Virus record (IMG/VR): IMGVR_UViG_3300042892_005961
Coordinates: 62,001-126,000 of that record
Length of the DNA: 64,000 nucleotides
Direction: 5' to 3' (one strand)
The notes beneath the pieces are model-generated. The model did not search any database and was not told the DNA's origin. It worked only from the letters and a program-made list of their open reading frames with translations. Position numbers and translations under genes: made by a program. Positions 36,790-45,618 of this stretch are shown piece after piece; within the stretch, counting starts at the first letter, position 1, and every line of letters starts with the position of its first letter.

Positions 36790-37374
36790 TTAAAAAATAT
36801 AAATGTCAGATACAATTGTTTTTGCTGGTCCGTTACATGCCCTTCCGTGAGTTGGTCCTGCTGAAGAAATTCCATTTCTTCTACTTAACATATAAAATGA
36901 ACGTGAAGCAGAATATGCATATCCTCCATGCATAAAATTTGTAGAATCATTATCACATGCACCTGATTTTTTAGTATATTGTGAATACTCAAAACAATTT
37001 AAAAAATCAAATATCCTATCTCCACTTGCTGAATCCCAAGTTAACATACCAGATGATGGTGAATATCCATCTGCGTTAAAGTTCCAACAACTTGCATACC
37101 CTTCACAATAATATTTACAAATTAAATAAGACCATTTATATTCTGATTTTATTTTAATTGCAAATCCACTACTATCACACCCACTATTTCCATGTTGAAA
37201 ATCTAAATAATAACCACCAGAATCAGTACCAATCGCGTTTATTGAATATGTACCACTATAATTTATGGTGTCAATCATATCGGCGGTAACTCGTCTAAAT
37301 GATTTATTCATTATCAATCCATCAGGTGATAATGCAGTAGATGATAAAGTATTTCCAGCTATATTAAATCCCAT
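36790..37374 (-). CDS. Putative adhesin/fibre-tip protein
   Basis: Gly/Ser/Cys-rich, with an N-terminus like its neighbours (MGFNIAGNTLSS). Confidence 0.5.
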   Translation of the reverse strand: MGFNIAGNTLSSTALSPDGLIMNKSFRRVTADMIDTINYSGTYSINAIGTDSGGYYLDFQHGNSGCDSSGFAIKIKSEYKWSYLICKYYCEGYASCWNFNADGYSPSSGMLTWDSASGDRIFDFLNCFEYSQYTKKSGACDNDSTNFMHGGYAYSASRSFYMLSRRNGISSAGPTHGRACNGPAKTIVSDIYIF

Positions 37375-37385
37375 AATATTTAATT

Positions 37386-38111
37386 TTATATTCCAAATCT
37401 TCCTTTTAATGCATTAAAATTCGATAGTACTTCCGCTCCCGCTAATGCTCTATTATATATTTTAATAACGGCAATACCACCACTAAATTGTCTACCAGAA
37501 CTTTCTCTACCTATTACCCATGTTGGGTTTGATGTTGATGTTCCTGTTACACCAAATACCTTTCCATAGTTTCCATCTGTCCATTGATGTACGTTTGTGT
37601 TATCCCAAACACAACAGAAATGATGCCATCCACCTCTACTTACCGCCGAAGTGCTTTCATGATAACCTTCGGGAGCGTGTGAATACCAATAGTTGGATTG
37701 TTTCATTGTATCTTTGGTTATACTCATATATGCCGCACCACCATCTCTTGCTAAAATTATAGTTCCTCTATCACCCGATGTTATTTCACTCGCAGCAGGA
37801 TATATCCACGCTTCTAATGTTAGAGATGTTGTTGGAAATCCCGTCATACTATTTCCTTGCATATAGTGACCATCGGATGTTAAGTTGAATGCTGTTCTAC
37901 CTCCAACTGATGTCCATCCAGGTGAACCAATGATAGTTACATTATTTCCATATGTACTTAAATCGGTCCAAGTAGTTCCACTACCTGGATAGGAATTTAT
38001 ATTACCCGCATCTAAGTGACATATTAATCCAGTCTCTATTACATTTTTAGTAAAAGAACCACTACTTAATGATGTTGAACTAATAATATTACCCCCTACA
38101 TTTATCGGCAT
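37386..38111 (-). CDS. LamG/ConA-like virion adhesin
   Basis: LICHLDAGNINSYPGSGTTWTDLS, LEAWIYP, WHHFCCVWD, KIYNRAL...NFNALKGRFGI. Confidence 0.8.
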   Translation of the reverse strand: MPINVGGNIISSTSLSSGSFTKNVIETGLICHLDAGNINSYPGSGTTWTDLSTYGNNVTIIGSPGWTSVGGRTAFNLTSDGHYMQGNSMTGFPTTSLTLEAWIYPAASEITSGDRGTIILARDGGAAYMSITKDTMKQSNYWYSHAPEGYHESTSAVSRGGWHHFCCVWDNTNVHQWTDGNYGKVFGVTGTSTSNPTWVIGRESSGRQFSGGIAVIKIYNRALAGAEVLSNFNALKGRFGI

Positions 38112-38311
38112 TATATTTCTTTTATTTTTAAATTTCTACCAACGTACCTATTATCTAATTGTAATTCTATTTTTTTGTTTTCAGCTTCTTCTAATGTTTC
38201 AAATTGAAATTTTTCATCTCCATCTATGCAAGTGCACCAATCAATATACTGCATATCTTCAGGTGTGCTTTCTAATACAGGTAATAATTGTTTTAATATA
38301 ATATATCTCAT
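38111..38311 (-). CDS. Small hypothetical protein (possible fibre chaperone)
   Basis: 66-aa ORF in the adhesin block, preceded by an AAATATTTAT motif. Confidence 0.55.
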   Translation of the reverse strand: MRYIILKQLLPVLESTPEDMQYIDWCTCIDGDEKFQFETLEEAENKKIELQLDNRYVGRNLKIKEI

Positions 38312-38332
38312 ATTTTATAAATATTTGTTTTA

Positions 38333-39544
38333 TTAATCTATACTTAACCAAACATATGCAGGTAAAAAGTTAGCTACACTATTTCCCAATGCCCAAGATA
38401 TAATTCCTGATGTTGTTGTTCTAGGATTATTACCACCCGCCACTCCTAAACCAAATCCTGAGTCAGCTCCACCTGATGAAGTTCTATTAAAGAACGCAGC
38501 AGCTTCATCCATTGGTGCACCTATCCATGCTCCCGCTCTACCTGTACTTTGCAAACTACTAAATGTTCCCAAATGTTCTGTTGTTAATCCAAACCCATAT
38601 GCATTTCCTGTATTAGCTGCGGATGTAGAGTTAGATGAAACATTTGCAAACGAACCCAAACCATAATAATTTAAAATTGTTTCTGCTCCACCAAAATCAG
38701 TAAAATTAGAACCTAAAAAATTTGTCATTCCATGATATGTGGTAGAAACTGTTGTTGAAAGTTGAGGGTCTGTACTATCCGGACCTACACCTGAACCATT
38801 TCCAACAGATATACTACTAAATACACTATATAGACTTGTTTTTTGTGCGTTCCATTGCATAATAGGAGGGATTCTATTTCCCATTTCATATAATAATCTT
38901 GTAAACGGAAAAGAATTCCAAGCACCATATTTTGCCATTCTTCCACTTTGTAAATTAAAATCACTTTGATTTACTAAAGTGTTGTTTTGCCATAATGGAC
39001 TTCCCGCCGGCATATCATGTATATTGTGACATTTTAATGCTAATACCCAATTTCGTTGTTGATGCCAATTAAATTTAACATACCCTAAAAATATTTGACT
39101 TCCAAAGTTTAACCAATATACACCAGGTCTTTGATTATATGTGGTTGATGCTGAAGATAGAGATGTGATTGCCGTTGCTGGTGTATTTTCGGCCTTAATA
39201 TTTAATGGTGTTGCAGTACTATTCATATAAACACCCGTATTGTCAACTATCAACGGTGTGTTCCAAGAAATTGTGGCATCCGCAGTTCCATTACCCGCAG
39301 TACTAAATGAAATTCCACCATTATCTAGTCCTAATGCTAATGCTGGTTGTGATGAGTTTCTATATGCAAATACTCCACTTGCATTTGTATATGCGTTTGA
39401 TGATAAATAAAATTGATTTTGACTATTTGTATTTGAGAATAATATTTGACCTCTTGGGAGCATTATACCTCCGTATTGTGACGGTCCAACATATGAATAA
39501 TTTGTCGCACCTGCAATAATATTACTATTTGTAATTAATGGCAT
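38333..39544 (-). CDS. Tail fibre/receptor-binding protein
   Basis: FYLSSNAY...FAYR fibre segment; PGVYWLN...WVLALK resembles a degenerate fibrinogen-like lectin N-terminus; Gly/Ser/Asn-rich C-terminal head. Confidence 0.55.
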   Translation of the reverse strand: MPLITNSNIIAGATNYSYVGPSQYGGIMLPRGQILFSNTNSQNQFYLSSNAYTNASGVFAYRNSSQPALALGLDNGGISFSTAGNGTADATISWNTPLIVDNTGVYMNSTATPLNIKAENTPATAITSLSSASTTYNQRPGVYWLNFGSQIFLGYVKFNWHQQRNWVLALKCHNIHDMPAGSPLWQNNTLVNQSDFNLQSGRMAKYGAWNSFPFTRLLYEMGNRIPPIMQWNAQKTSLYSVFSSISVGNGSGVGPDSTDPQLSTTVSTTYHGMTNFLGSNFTDFGGAETILNYYGLGSFANVSSNSTSAANTGNAYGFGLTTEHLGTFSSLQSTGRAGAWIGAPMDEAAAFFNRTSSGGADSGFGLGVAGGNNPRTTTSGIISWALGNSVANFLPAYVWLSID

Positions 39545-39547
39545 CTT

Positions 39548-39814
39548 TTATGGTTTAGGGTATTGCTGTTTAACTTGTTGTATTGATTGGTACCATTCAC
39601 CGTTACTTGTTAAACTACCGCTCACATTTAATTCATGCCACAACATATCTAATTGATTACCCAATGATGGGTATATTTGTTGTCTATCTCTTTGATATTG
39701 TGTTGCGTAATGTTCAGCTAAACCAACATAGAAACCATATCTTTGGTCTTCTGTAAGTGGTGTTCCATCAACTGGACTTAATAATGGTTCTCCTTTATCT
39801 AATTCGTGTATCAT
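39548..39814 (-). CDS. Tail fibre assembly-like protein
   Basis: YQRDRQQIYPSLGNQLDMLWH...VKQQYPKP pattern typical of small fibre-associated phage proteins. Confidence 0.6.
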   Translation of the reverse strand: MIHELDKGEPLLSPVDGTPLTEDQRYGFYVGLAEHYATQYQRDRQQIYPSLGNQLDMLWHELNVSGSLTSNGEWYQSIQQVKQQYPKP

Positions 39815-39823
39815 ATTATATAA

Positions 39824-40264
39824 TTATTTTACTCTTGTTAAAATTGATGATTCGTATCCTGCTGAATTTAATATTCTTATATTAAAATAAACGGTTAATC
39901 CATTTTGTCCTGATGTGTTGGTAAATCTTAACCAATTTCTATCAACATTACCTTCTTGATGATGAGATACTGAATAATCTCCCCACGATAAAATCGGTGT
40001 GTGTTGTAATCCATATCTTGATACATCAAACTCAAATATTCCATATCTCCAAGTGCCCGTTGTAAAATTAAAAAAATTACAAAGACCTATTGTTCTTACA
40101 TACCCACTCGTATTACATATTAAATCAACCGAAGAACCATTATTAATTGTTGCAGTTCCTACCCATTCATTCATACCACCAAATTGATTACTCATTAACA
40201 TTCTTGGTGATGTTATTGACGTTGCACTTAATTCTGGTGATGTTGTTGATATTAAATTTGCCAT
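39824..40264 (-). CDS. Small fibre-tip protein, paralog 1 of 3
   Basis: Shares SRYGL, WLRFTN and SILTR motifs with the next two ORFs. Confidence 0.55.
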   Translation of the reverse strand: MANLISTTSPELSATSITSPRMLMSNQFGGMNEWVGTATINNGSSVDLICNTSGYVRTIGLCNFFNFTTGTWRYGIFEFDVSRYGLQHTPILSWGDYSVSHHQEGNVDRNWLRFTNTSGQNGLTVYFNIRILNSAGYESSILTRVK

Positions 40265-40265
40265 A

Positions 40266-40733
40266 TTATCTTACTCTTTGGGTTAAATGTGATGATACAA
40301 AATCACCGGGTCCTTGTACATTCAATACAAAGTAATATGTCCCATTACCCCATTCAGAACCTATCGTATTGTAAAATCTACAATAATTCGTTCCATATGA
40401 TGGATTATGTCTAGCCACAGACCACGTACCAGTACTTGTTAGTGTTTGAATATTAAAACCATATTCTGATAATTGAAAATAAAAACTACCACAATGTATT
40501 TGAGATTGGAATACTACCCAACTACAAAATCCATACATACGGTTATGAACTCCCGTATTACCAAATAGGTCAACATAGTTTGTTGCACTATTGACCGATG
40601 TTGGTATTGATACTCCTCCGCTATACTCCCTCATCATATGATTATAACTCGTATTATTCAATATACGCGGAGATGTAAAACTCGTAGATGCAGTTAATGT
40701 ACCATTTATTGTTGTATTTTGTAAAGTTGCCAT
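40266..40733 (-). CDS. Small fibre-tip protein, paralog 2 of 3
   Basis: MATLQNTTING N-terminus; SEYGF, CRFYN, SHLTQR. Confidence 0.55.
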   Translation of the reverse strand: MATLQNTTINGTLTASTSFTSPRILNNTSYNHMMREYSGGVSIPTSVNSATNYVDLFGNTGVHNRMYGFCSWVVFQSQIHCGSFYFQLSEYGFNIQTLTSTGTWSVARHNPSYGTNYCRFYNTIGSEWGNGTYYFVLNVQGPGDFVSSHLTQRVR

Positions 40734-41203
40734 TAAACGTATCTTGTTAAAATTGGTGATGTTATCGCATTGGCGTTTGGTGCAAATAATGTTATATTAA
40801 CTAAACATGTGGCATTTCCCCACGATACATTATATTGGTTTGTAAATCTTAACCAACTTTTAGAAGCACTCGTTGGGTCTTGATAATATGAAAATGTTAT
40901 TAATTGGTCGTTAGTTGGTCCTGATGTTGTTTGTAAACCATATTGTGATAATGCAAACCAAACATTTTGAGTACCATTATAACTTTGATATGATAAAAAA
41001 CTAATATACCCCGTTACCCATTGCCAATTATTATTATTACAAAGTACATCCGTATATGGTGTCGCAGTATAGTAAGGTGAAGTTACGGAAACATTACCAC
41101 CCCATTGTTGTAAAGCCATTGCATTAGAACAAATTGTACTACTCGCATTTGACGTAGATGTTGCATTGTATGTTGTTACCGTTGTACCTATTAATGTTGC
41201 CAT
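40733..41203 (-). CDS. Small fibre-tip protein, paralog 3 of 3
   Basis: MATLIGTT N-terminus; SQYGL, WLRFTN, PILTR. Confidence 0.55.
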   Translation of the reverse strand: MATLIGTTVTTYNATSTSNASSTICSNAMALQQWGGNVSVTSPYYTATPYTDVLCNNNNWQWVTGYISFLSYQSYNGTQNVWFALSQYGLQTTSGPTNDQLITFSYYQDPTSASKSWLRFTNQYNVSWGNATCLVNITLFAPNANAITSPILTRYV

Positions 41204-41814
41204 TATTTATTTGATTTAAGTTCTTCAATTTCTTTTTTCAAATCTTTTATTGCTTCAATTAAAACCGCGGTAATCCTACCATAAGAAACTGAATCCGGCT
41301 CTCCTTCTTCATTTTTTAAAACAACCTCAGGTAATATTTCATTTAATTCTTCCGCTATTAAACCTAATTCTTTTAATCCTGTATCTTTTTTGGTATATGT
41401 TACACCTCTCATTTGAAGAACTTTATCTAAACCATATTTAACGGTTTCAATATTATCTTTATATCGTACTGATGAATTTTCAGTGATAGTACCTGAAAAT
41501 GTGGCATTTTGATTAAATGTCATTTGTGCACTACTATTCCAACTAAATAAACTATTATATTCAGTATTAGCAGCATTTGGAGTTTTAAAAGAACCCGCAT
41601 TTCTCCAAATATATTCAGTACCATTCCCACCAAATGAGCTACCTGCATTACCTGATACGTCAACATTAAAAGCTAATGTAACAGCATCGGTTTGGTAATT
41701 CGTTCCAGTGGACCCTACCAATAATGTTCTATAAGATGTGGAATACCCAAAATAAGAACCTGTTAATGCATTTCTACCACTTATTGTTACTAATCCATTA
41801 TTATTTAGTGGCAT
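41203..41814 (-). CDS. Tail fibre protein with a C-terminal peptidase S74 intramolecular chaperone
   Basis: SSVRYKDNIE...LDKVLQMRGVTY...GLIAEEL...P..V...VSYG..TAVLIEAIKDL plus a coiled coil. Confidence 0.85.
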   Translation of the reverse strand: MPLNNNGLVTISGRNALTGSYFGYSTSYRTLLVGSTGTNYQTDAVTLAFNVDVSGNAGSSFGGNGTEYIWRNAGSFKTPNAANTEYNSLFSWNSSAQMTFNQNATFSGTITENSSVRYKDNIETVKYGLDKVLQMRGVTYTKKDTGLKELGLIAEELNEILPEVVLKNEEGEPDSVSYGRITAVLIEAIKDLKKEIEELKSNK

Positions 41815-41817
41815 CTC

Positions 41818-44800
41818 TTATGATTTTTTAGGAGTTGCGATATTAGGGTCAACTTCAGTTAAAGCAAACTTATATACTTTACCCTTCTTATTATTATATA
41901 AGAATAAATCATCTTCACCCTCTACTATTGTCCAATCACCAATTCCGTTATTTAAAGATAAATCCGATGTATAAACTGTACTCCAACGAGCGGCCGCCGA
42001 ACCTAAATCTCTTGTTCCATTTGCCTCAGGTAAAACGTTACCTGCCACCGTTAATGTTGATCCGTCAAATGTTAAATTGGCTTCAGCATTTAATGTAACA
42101 CCACCGGCACTTGTCATTATTCTATTATCAACCGCATTTGTAATTGTTGTTGTACCACTAGAACCTGAAGAACCGTTACTACCACTAGAACCTGAAGTTC
42201 CAGAACTACCGTTAGAACCTGAAGAACCACTAGTTCCTGATGACCCTGAACTACCCGATGTTCCACTAGAACCTGAAGATCCGTTAGATCCACTAGAACC
42301 TGATGTACCACTAGACCCTGAAGAACCATTTGAACCTGATGTTCCTGAAGATCCACTAGTACCTGAAGTTGCCGCAGTATATGATGTTCCGTTTATTGAT
42401 AATGAACCAGTTATACTTAAACTACCCGTAACTTGATGTGTGTCATCTAATGTGTCTCCAAACTTTGTTGATCCTGAAGAATACATAACAGATGATGTAA
42501 CATATGTCATGAAAAGTTCGTCAGCCGTAATTGCTCCCTTAACTTTAAAAGAACCTGTAATCTCAACATTTTTAGTTGCCGACCATATAGACCCTGTTTG
42601 TGCGAATATTGAATCTCCCGATGAACCACTTGAACCATTGGAACCTGAACTACCTGATGTTCCACTTGATCCTGAAGTACCTGAAGTACCACCTGAACCA
42701 GACGATCCTGATCCACCACTAGAACCTGATGTACCTGATGTTGCGGACGTATATGATAGACCACCAATTGTAACTCCATTTGTAAAATTAGCTGAACCCG
42801 ATACGATAATATCGTCACCAAAAACAACACTATTACCACCTGAACTTAATATTTTAGATCCGTCTTGTAGTACAATATTTCCTCTAACATCAACCGAACC
42901 CGTCGTTGGGTCAATTAATATATTACCTCCACCTGATGATTTCAATTGAATATCTCCATCCACAGTTTGGAATGTGATTGTATCTGTACCTTGTTCTAAA
43001 ATCTTAATTGATTGACCGTTGTCAGTTGTAATCTGTAATTCTTGGTTTGTACTACCCAAAACTTTTTGTCCGTCAATGTATAATGATGCACTTGATAAGT
43101 ATAAGTGTCTAAATGGATTTGACTCACTACCTAAATCAAAAGAACCACTACCCACAGGTACAATTGACCCACTGAATGTTTGTGTTCCTTTAAACGTATT
43201 TGAACCTGTTGTTGCAAAACCTAAATTTGTTCCTTGAACACTTGAACTTACTATATTACTACTTAATAGAGCTGAAGATAAATCAACCGCTCCACTTACC
43301 ATATGTCCTCCTCTAACAACGTTCACACTACCTGAAACTGCAAGTGGGAAATAAACATTAAGATTATTATTATCAACAGATTCTATTCTACTTGGTATGA
43401 TTATACTTCTACTATCATCCCAAACCGTAACAACAGGGAAATCAATACCTAAATTATGAAATACAGACCATGTTGTTAATGATGCAAATGTTTGTGTTGC
43501 TCCACCAATACCATCTCTACCACTTGTTCCTGATGTACCATTTGATCCTGATGAACCCGAACCTCCACTTGTTCCTGAAGAACCGTTAATACCACTAGTT
43601 CCTGAAGAACCATTAATACCACTCGTACCTGATGAACCGCTAGTTCCAGATGAACCACTTGTACCTGACGTACCCGCAGTTCCCGCTCCACCAACTGTTA
43701 CACTTATTGTTCCCTCTTGTGCAAATGGGAAATATACACTTATATTATTTGTGTCTGTTGAAATTATTTCACTTGGGATTACAATACGTCCGTCATTATC
43801 AAATACTTGAACTGATGGATATCTAACACCCATTTGGTGATTAAATGACCATGTGGCTGCTGCAACACTAACGTTTTGTGTTTTTGTTTGTCCGTTTAAT
43901 ACAACGGCGTTTAAAGCATGTGATGCCGTTAATGCGTATGATGAACTTGCAATTGTTGTTGTTGAACTTGATACGTATGAATTAAACCATGACTCATCTA
44001 ACTTACCTGTTCCAACAACTGCACCATTAACGTATAATGATCCAGTAATCTTTACAGATCCAGTAAAATTGTGATTATCATCTAATGTATTACCAAATGC
44101 CGTAGATCCTGATTCAAATAATACTGAAGATGTAACTAATGCCGTATGAATTTCTTTTGCTGTAAGTGTTCCTGTAATTGTTAAATCACCATTAACTTTT
44201 GCATTATTTGTTGTTTCCCAAACTGAACCTGTTAAAGCAAATAAACTATCTCCTGATGATCCTGATGAACCACTTGTTCCTGTTGTACCACTTGACCCTG
44301 CTGTTCCTGAAGAACCTGCTGTTCCTGAAGAACCGCTAGATCCTGATGTACCTGATGAACCGTTACTTCCACTAGTTCCTGATGAACCACTAGTTCCTGA
44401 AGAACCTGAAGTTCCTGTGGATCCACTAGACCCTGATGTACCTGAAGAACCATTAGATCCGCTAGAACCTGATGTTCCCGCAGTTCCTGAACTTCCTGAT
44501 GAACCATTTGAACCTGACGTACCTGAAGAACCACTAGATCCTGATGTTCCTGAACTACCTGAAGAACCACTAGTTCCTGTAGAACCGCTAGATCCTGATG
44601 TTCCTGAACTACCTGAAGAACCTGACGTTCCAGAAGAACCATTACTACCCGATGTTCCTGATGAACCATTAGATCCTGAAGTTCCACTAGAACCACTTGT
44701 ACCACTTGTTCCCGATGTTGTGGACGTATATTCGGTTCCATTTATATTAAATGAACCTGTTAAATTAATTGAACCTGATAAAATTAAATTATTGTTTTCA

Positions 44801-45309
44801 TCAAGTAACATTTGTCTGTTACCATTTCTACTGAAAACTAAACCATCAATATCAGTTGTTGCACCTCTTGCAGCACCTATCGTCCAATTCTCTCCACTCC
44901 AATTAAAACGAACACCCGATGCGACTCTATTTGGTGTGTTAAATCCTGCTGCATTATAAATTGAACTATCAGGAACAAATGCTTGAACATTTGCAACGGG
45001 GTCCGAACCTGATACTACTAATGATGTTAATGATGTATTCCCTAAAACTCTTAAAGAACCTGACGTATTTAAAGATCCTGTAATATTTTCTGTTCCAATT
45101 AAATTGAAACTACCACTAAGATTTAATGAACCTGTGTTCTGAGCATTTGTAGTAACTATTTCCTCAATAGAGGTAGAAGCCGATCCTGATTTGGCAAAGT
45201 ATAATTTACCGTCGGTTGTGTTTATTGCTATTTCCCCTAATTGTAATTGGGAGTTAGTAGGTCTATTCCCACCAGTGGAACTTCTACGTAGTTTTACTAT
45301 TTGACTCAT
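41818..45309 (-). CDS. Long tail fibre, 1163 aa, with Gly-X-Y Ser/Thr tracts
   Basis: Mtd-N-like N-terminus (KLRRS...GEIAINTTDGKLY), several G(S/T)S tracts and repeated TGSL beta modules; C-terminal DLSLNNGIGDWTIVEGEDDLFLYN fibre domain. Confidence 0.8.
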   Translation of the reverse strand: MSQIVKLRRSSTGGNRPTNSQLQLGEIAINTTDGKLYFAKSGSASTSIEEIVTTNAQNTGSLNLSGSFNLIGTENITGSLNTSGSLRVLGNTSLTSLVVSGSDPVANVQAFVPDSSIYNAAGFNTPNRVASGVRFNWSGENWTIGAARGATTDIDGLVFSRNGNRQMLLDENNNLILSGSINLTGSFNINGTEYTSTTSGTSGTSGSSGTSGSNGSSGTSGSNGSSGTSGSSGSSGTSGSSGSTGTSGSSGSSGTSGSSGSSGTSGSNGSSGSSGTAGTSGSSGSNGSSGTSGSSGSTGTSGSSGTSGSSGTSGSNGSSGTSGSSGSSGTAGSSGTAGSSGTTGTSGSSGSSGDSLFALTGSVWETTNNAKVNGDLTITGTLTAKEIHTALVTSSVLFESGSTAFGNTLDDNHNFTGSVKITGSLYVNGAVVGTGKLDESWFNSYVSSSTTTIASSSYALTASHALNAVVLNGQTKTQNVSVAAATWSFNHQMGVRYPSVQVFDNDGRIVIPSEIISTDTNNISVYFPFAQEGTISVTVGGAGTAGTSGTSGSSGTSGSSGTSGINGSSGTSGINGSSGTSGGSGSSGSNGTSGTSGRDGIGGATQTFASLTTWSVFHNLGIDFPVVTVWDDSRSIIIPSRIESVDNNNLNVYFPLAVSGSVNVVRGGHMVSGAVDLSSALLSSNIVSSSVQGTNLGFATTGSNTFKGTQTFSGSIVPVGSGSFDLGSESNPFRHLYLSSASLYIDGQKVLGSTNQELQITTDNGQSIKILEQGTDTITFQTVDGDIQLKSSGGGNILIDPTTGSVDVRGNIVLQDGSKILSSGGNSVVFGDDIIVSGSANFTNGVTIGGLSYTSATSGTSGSSGGSGSSGSGGTSGTSGSSGTSGSSGSNGSSGSSGDSIFAQTGSIWSATKNVEITGSFKVKGAITADELFMTYVTSSVMYSSGSTKFGDTLDDTHQVTGSLSITGSLSINGTSYTAATSGTSGSSGTSGSNGSSGSSGTSGSSGSNGSSGSSGTSGSSGSSGTSGSSGSNGSSGTSGSSGSNGSSGSSGTTTITNAVDNRIMTSAGGVTLNAEANLTFDGSTLTVAGNVLPEANGTRDLGSAAARWSTVYTSDLSLNNGIGDWTIVEGEDDLFLYNNKKGKVYKFALTEVDPNIATPKKS

Positions 45310-45330
45310 ATATATGTGTTCTAAATCCTT

Positions 45331-45367
45331 GTGATATATATCACGGTTAAAGACCTATGTAGGTCTT
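45331..45367. repeat. Two adjacent inverted repeats in the fibre gene leader
   Basis: GTGATATATATCAC (45331-45344, perfect palindrome) and AAGACCT-ATGT-AGGTCTT (45350-45367). Confidence 0.75.
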
Positions 45368-45370
45368 ATG

Positions 45371-45380
45371 ATAAATACTT
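45371..45380 (-). promoter_or_regulatory. AAGTATTTAT motif (candidate late promoter)
   Basis: Exact 10-mer just downstream of a terminator and upstream of the 1163-aa fibre gene. Confidence 0.55.
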
Positions 45381-45390
45381 GTTATAAATA

Positions 45391-45419
45391 AAAAAGGAGA
45401 CTTTTTATAGTCTCCTTTT
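45391..45419 (-). terminator. Intrinsic terminator
   Basis: AAAAGGAGACT-6nt-AGTCTCCTTTT stem followed by a T run on the minus strand. Confidence 0.8.
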
Positions 45420-45422
45420 GTT

Positions 45423-45593
45423 TTAATTTACGTTTTCAATTGAAAGAACTGTTCCTTCCTGTCTTCCAACATATTTGTTTACTTCTATCGTTGTAATGTT
45501 TAGTGCCTCTTCTATTGAGTTACCAACGGCACTACAATGATATGTTATTTTTTCTTCACCTACTTGATATTCTACTTTAAATCTATGTCTCAT
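45423..45593 (-). CDS. Small hypothetical protein, 56 aa (MRHRFKVEYQVGEEKITYHCSAVGNSIEEALNITTIEVNKYVGRQEGTVLSIENVN)
   Basis: Hand-translated, below the ORF track cutoff; fills the gap between the mucin-like gene and the terminator. Confidence 0.65.
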   Translation of the reverse strand: MRHRFKVEYQVGEEKITYHCSAVGNSIEEALNITTIEVNKYVGRQEGTVLSIENVN

Positions 45594-45618
45594 TTTAATT
45601 TAATTTTATTTAATTTTA

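Noticed and set aside
35663-45309. Diversity-generating retroelement (Mtd-like N-terminus, several adhesins)
   Set aside because: No reverse transcriptase and no template/variable repeat pair differing at adenines seen in this window.
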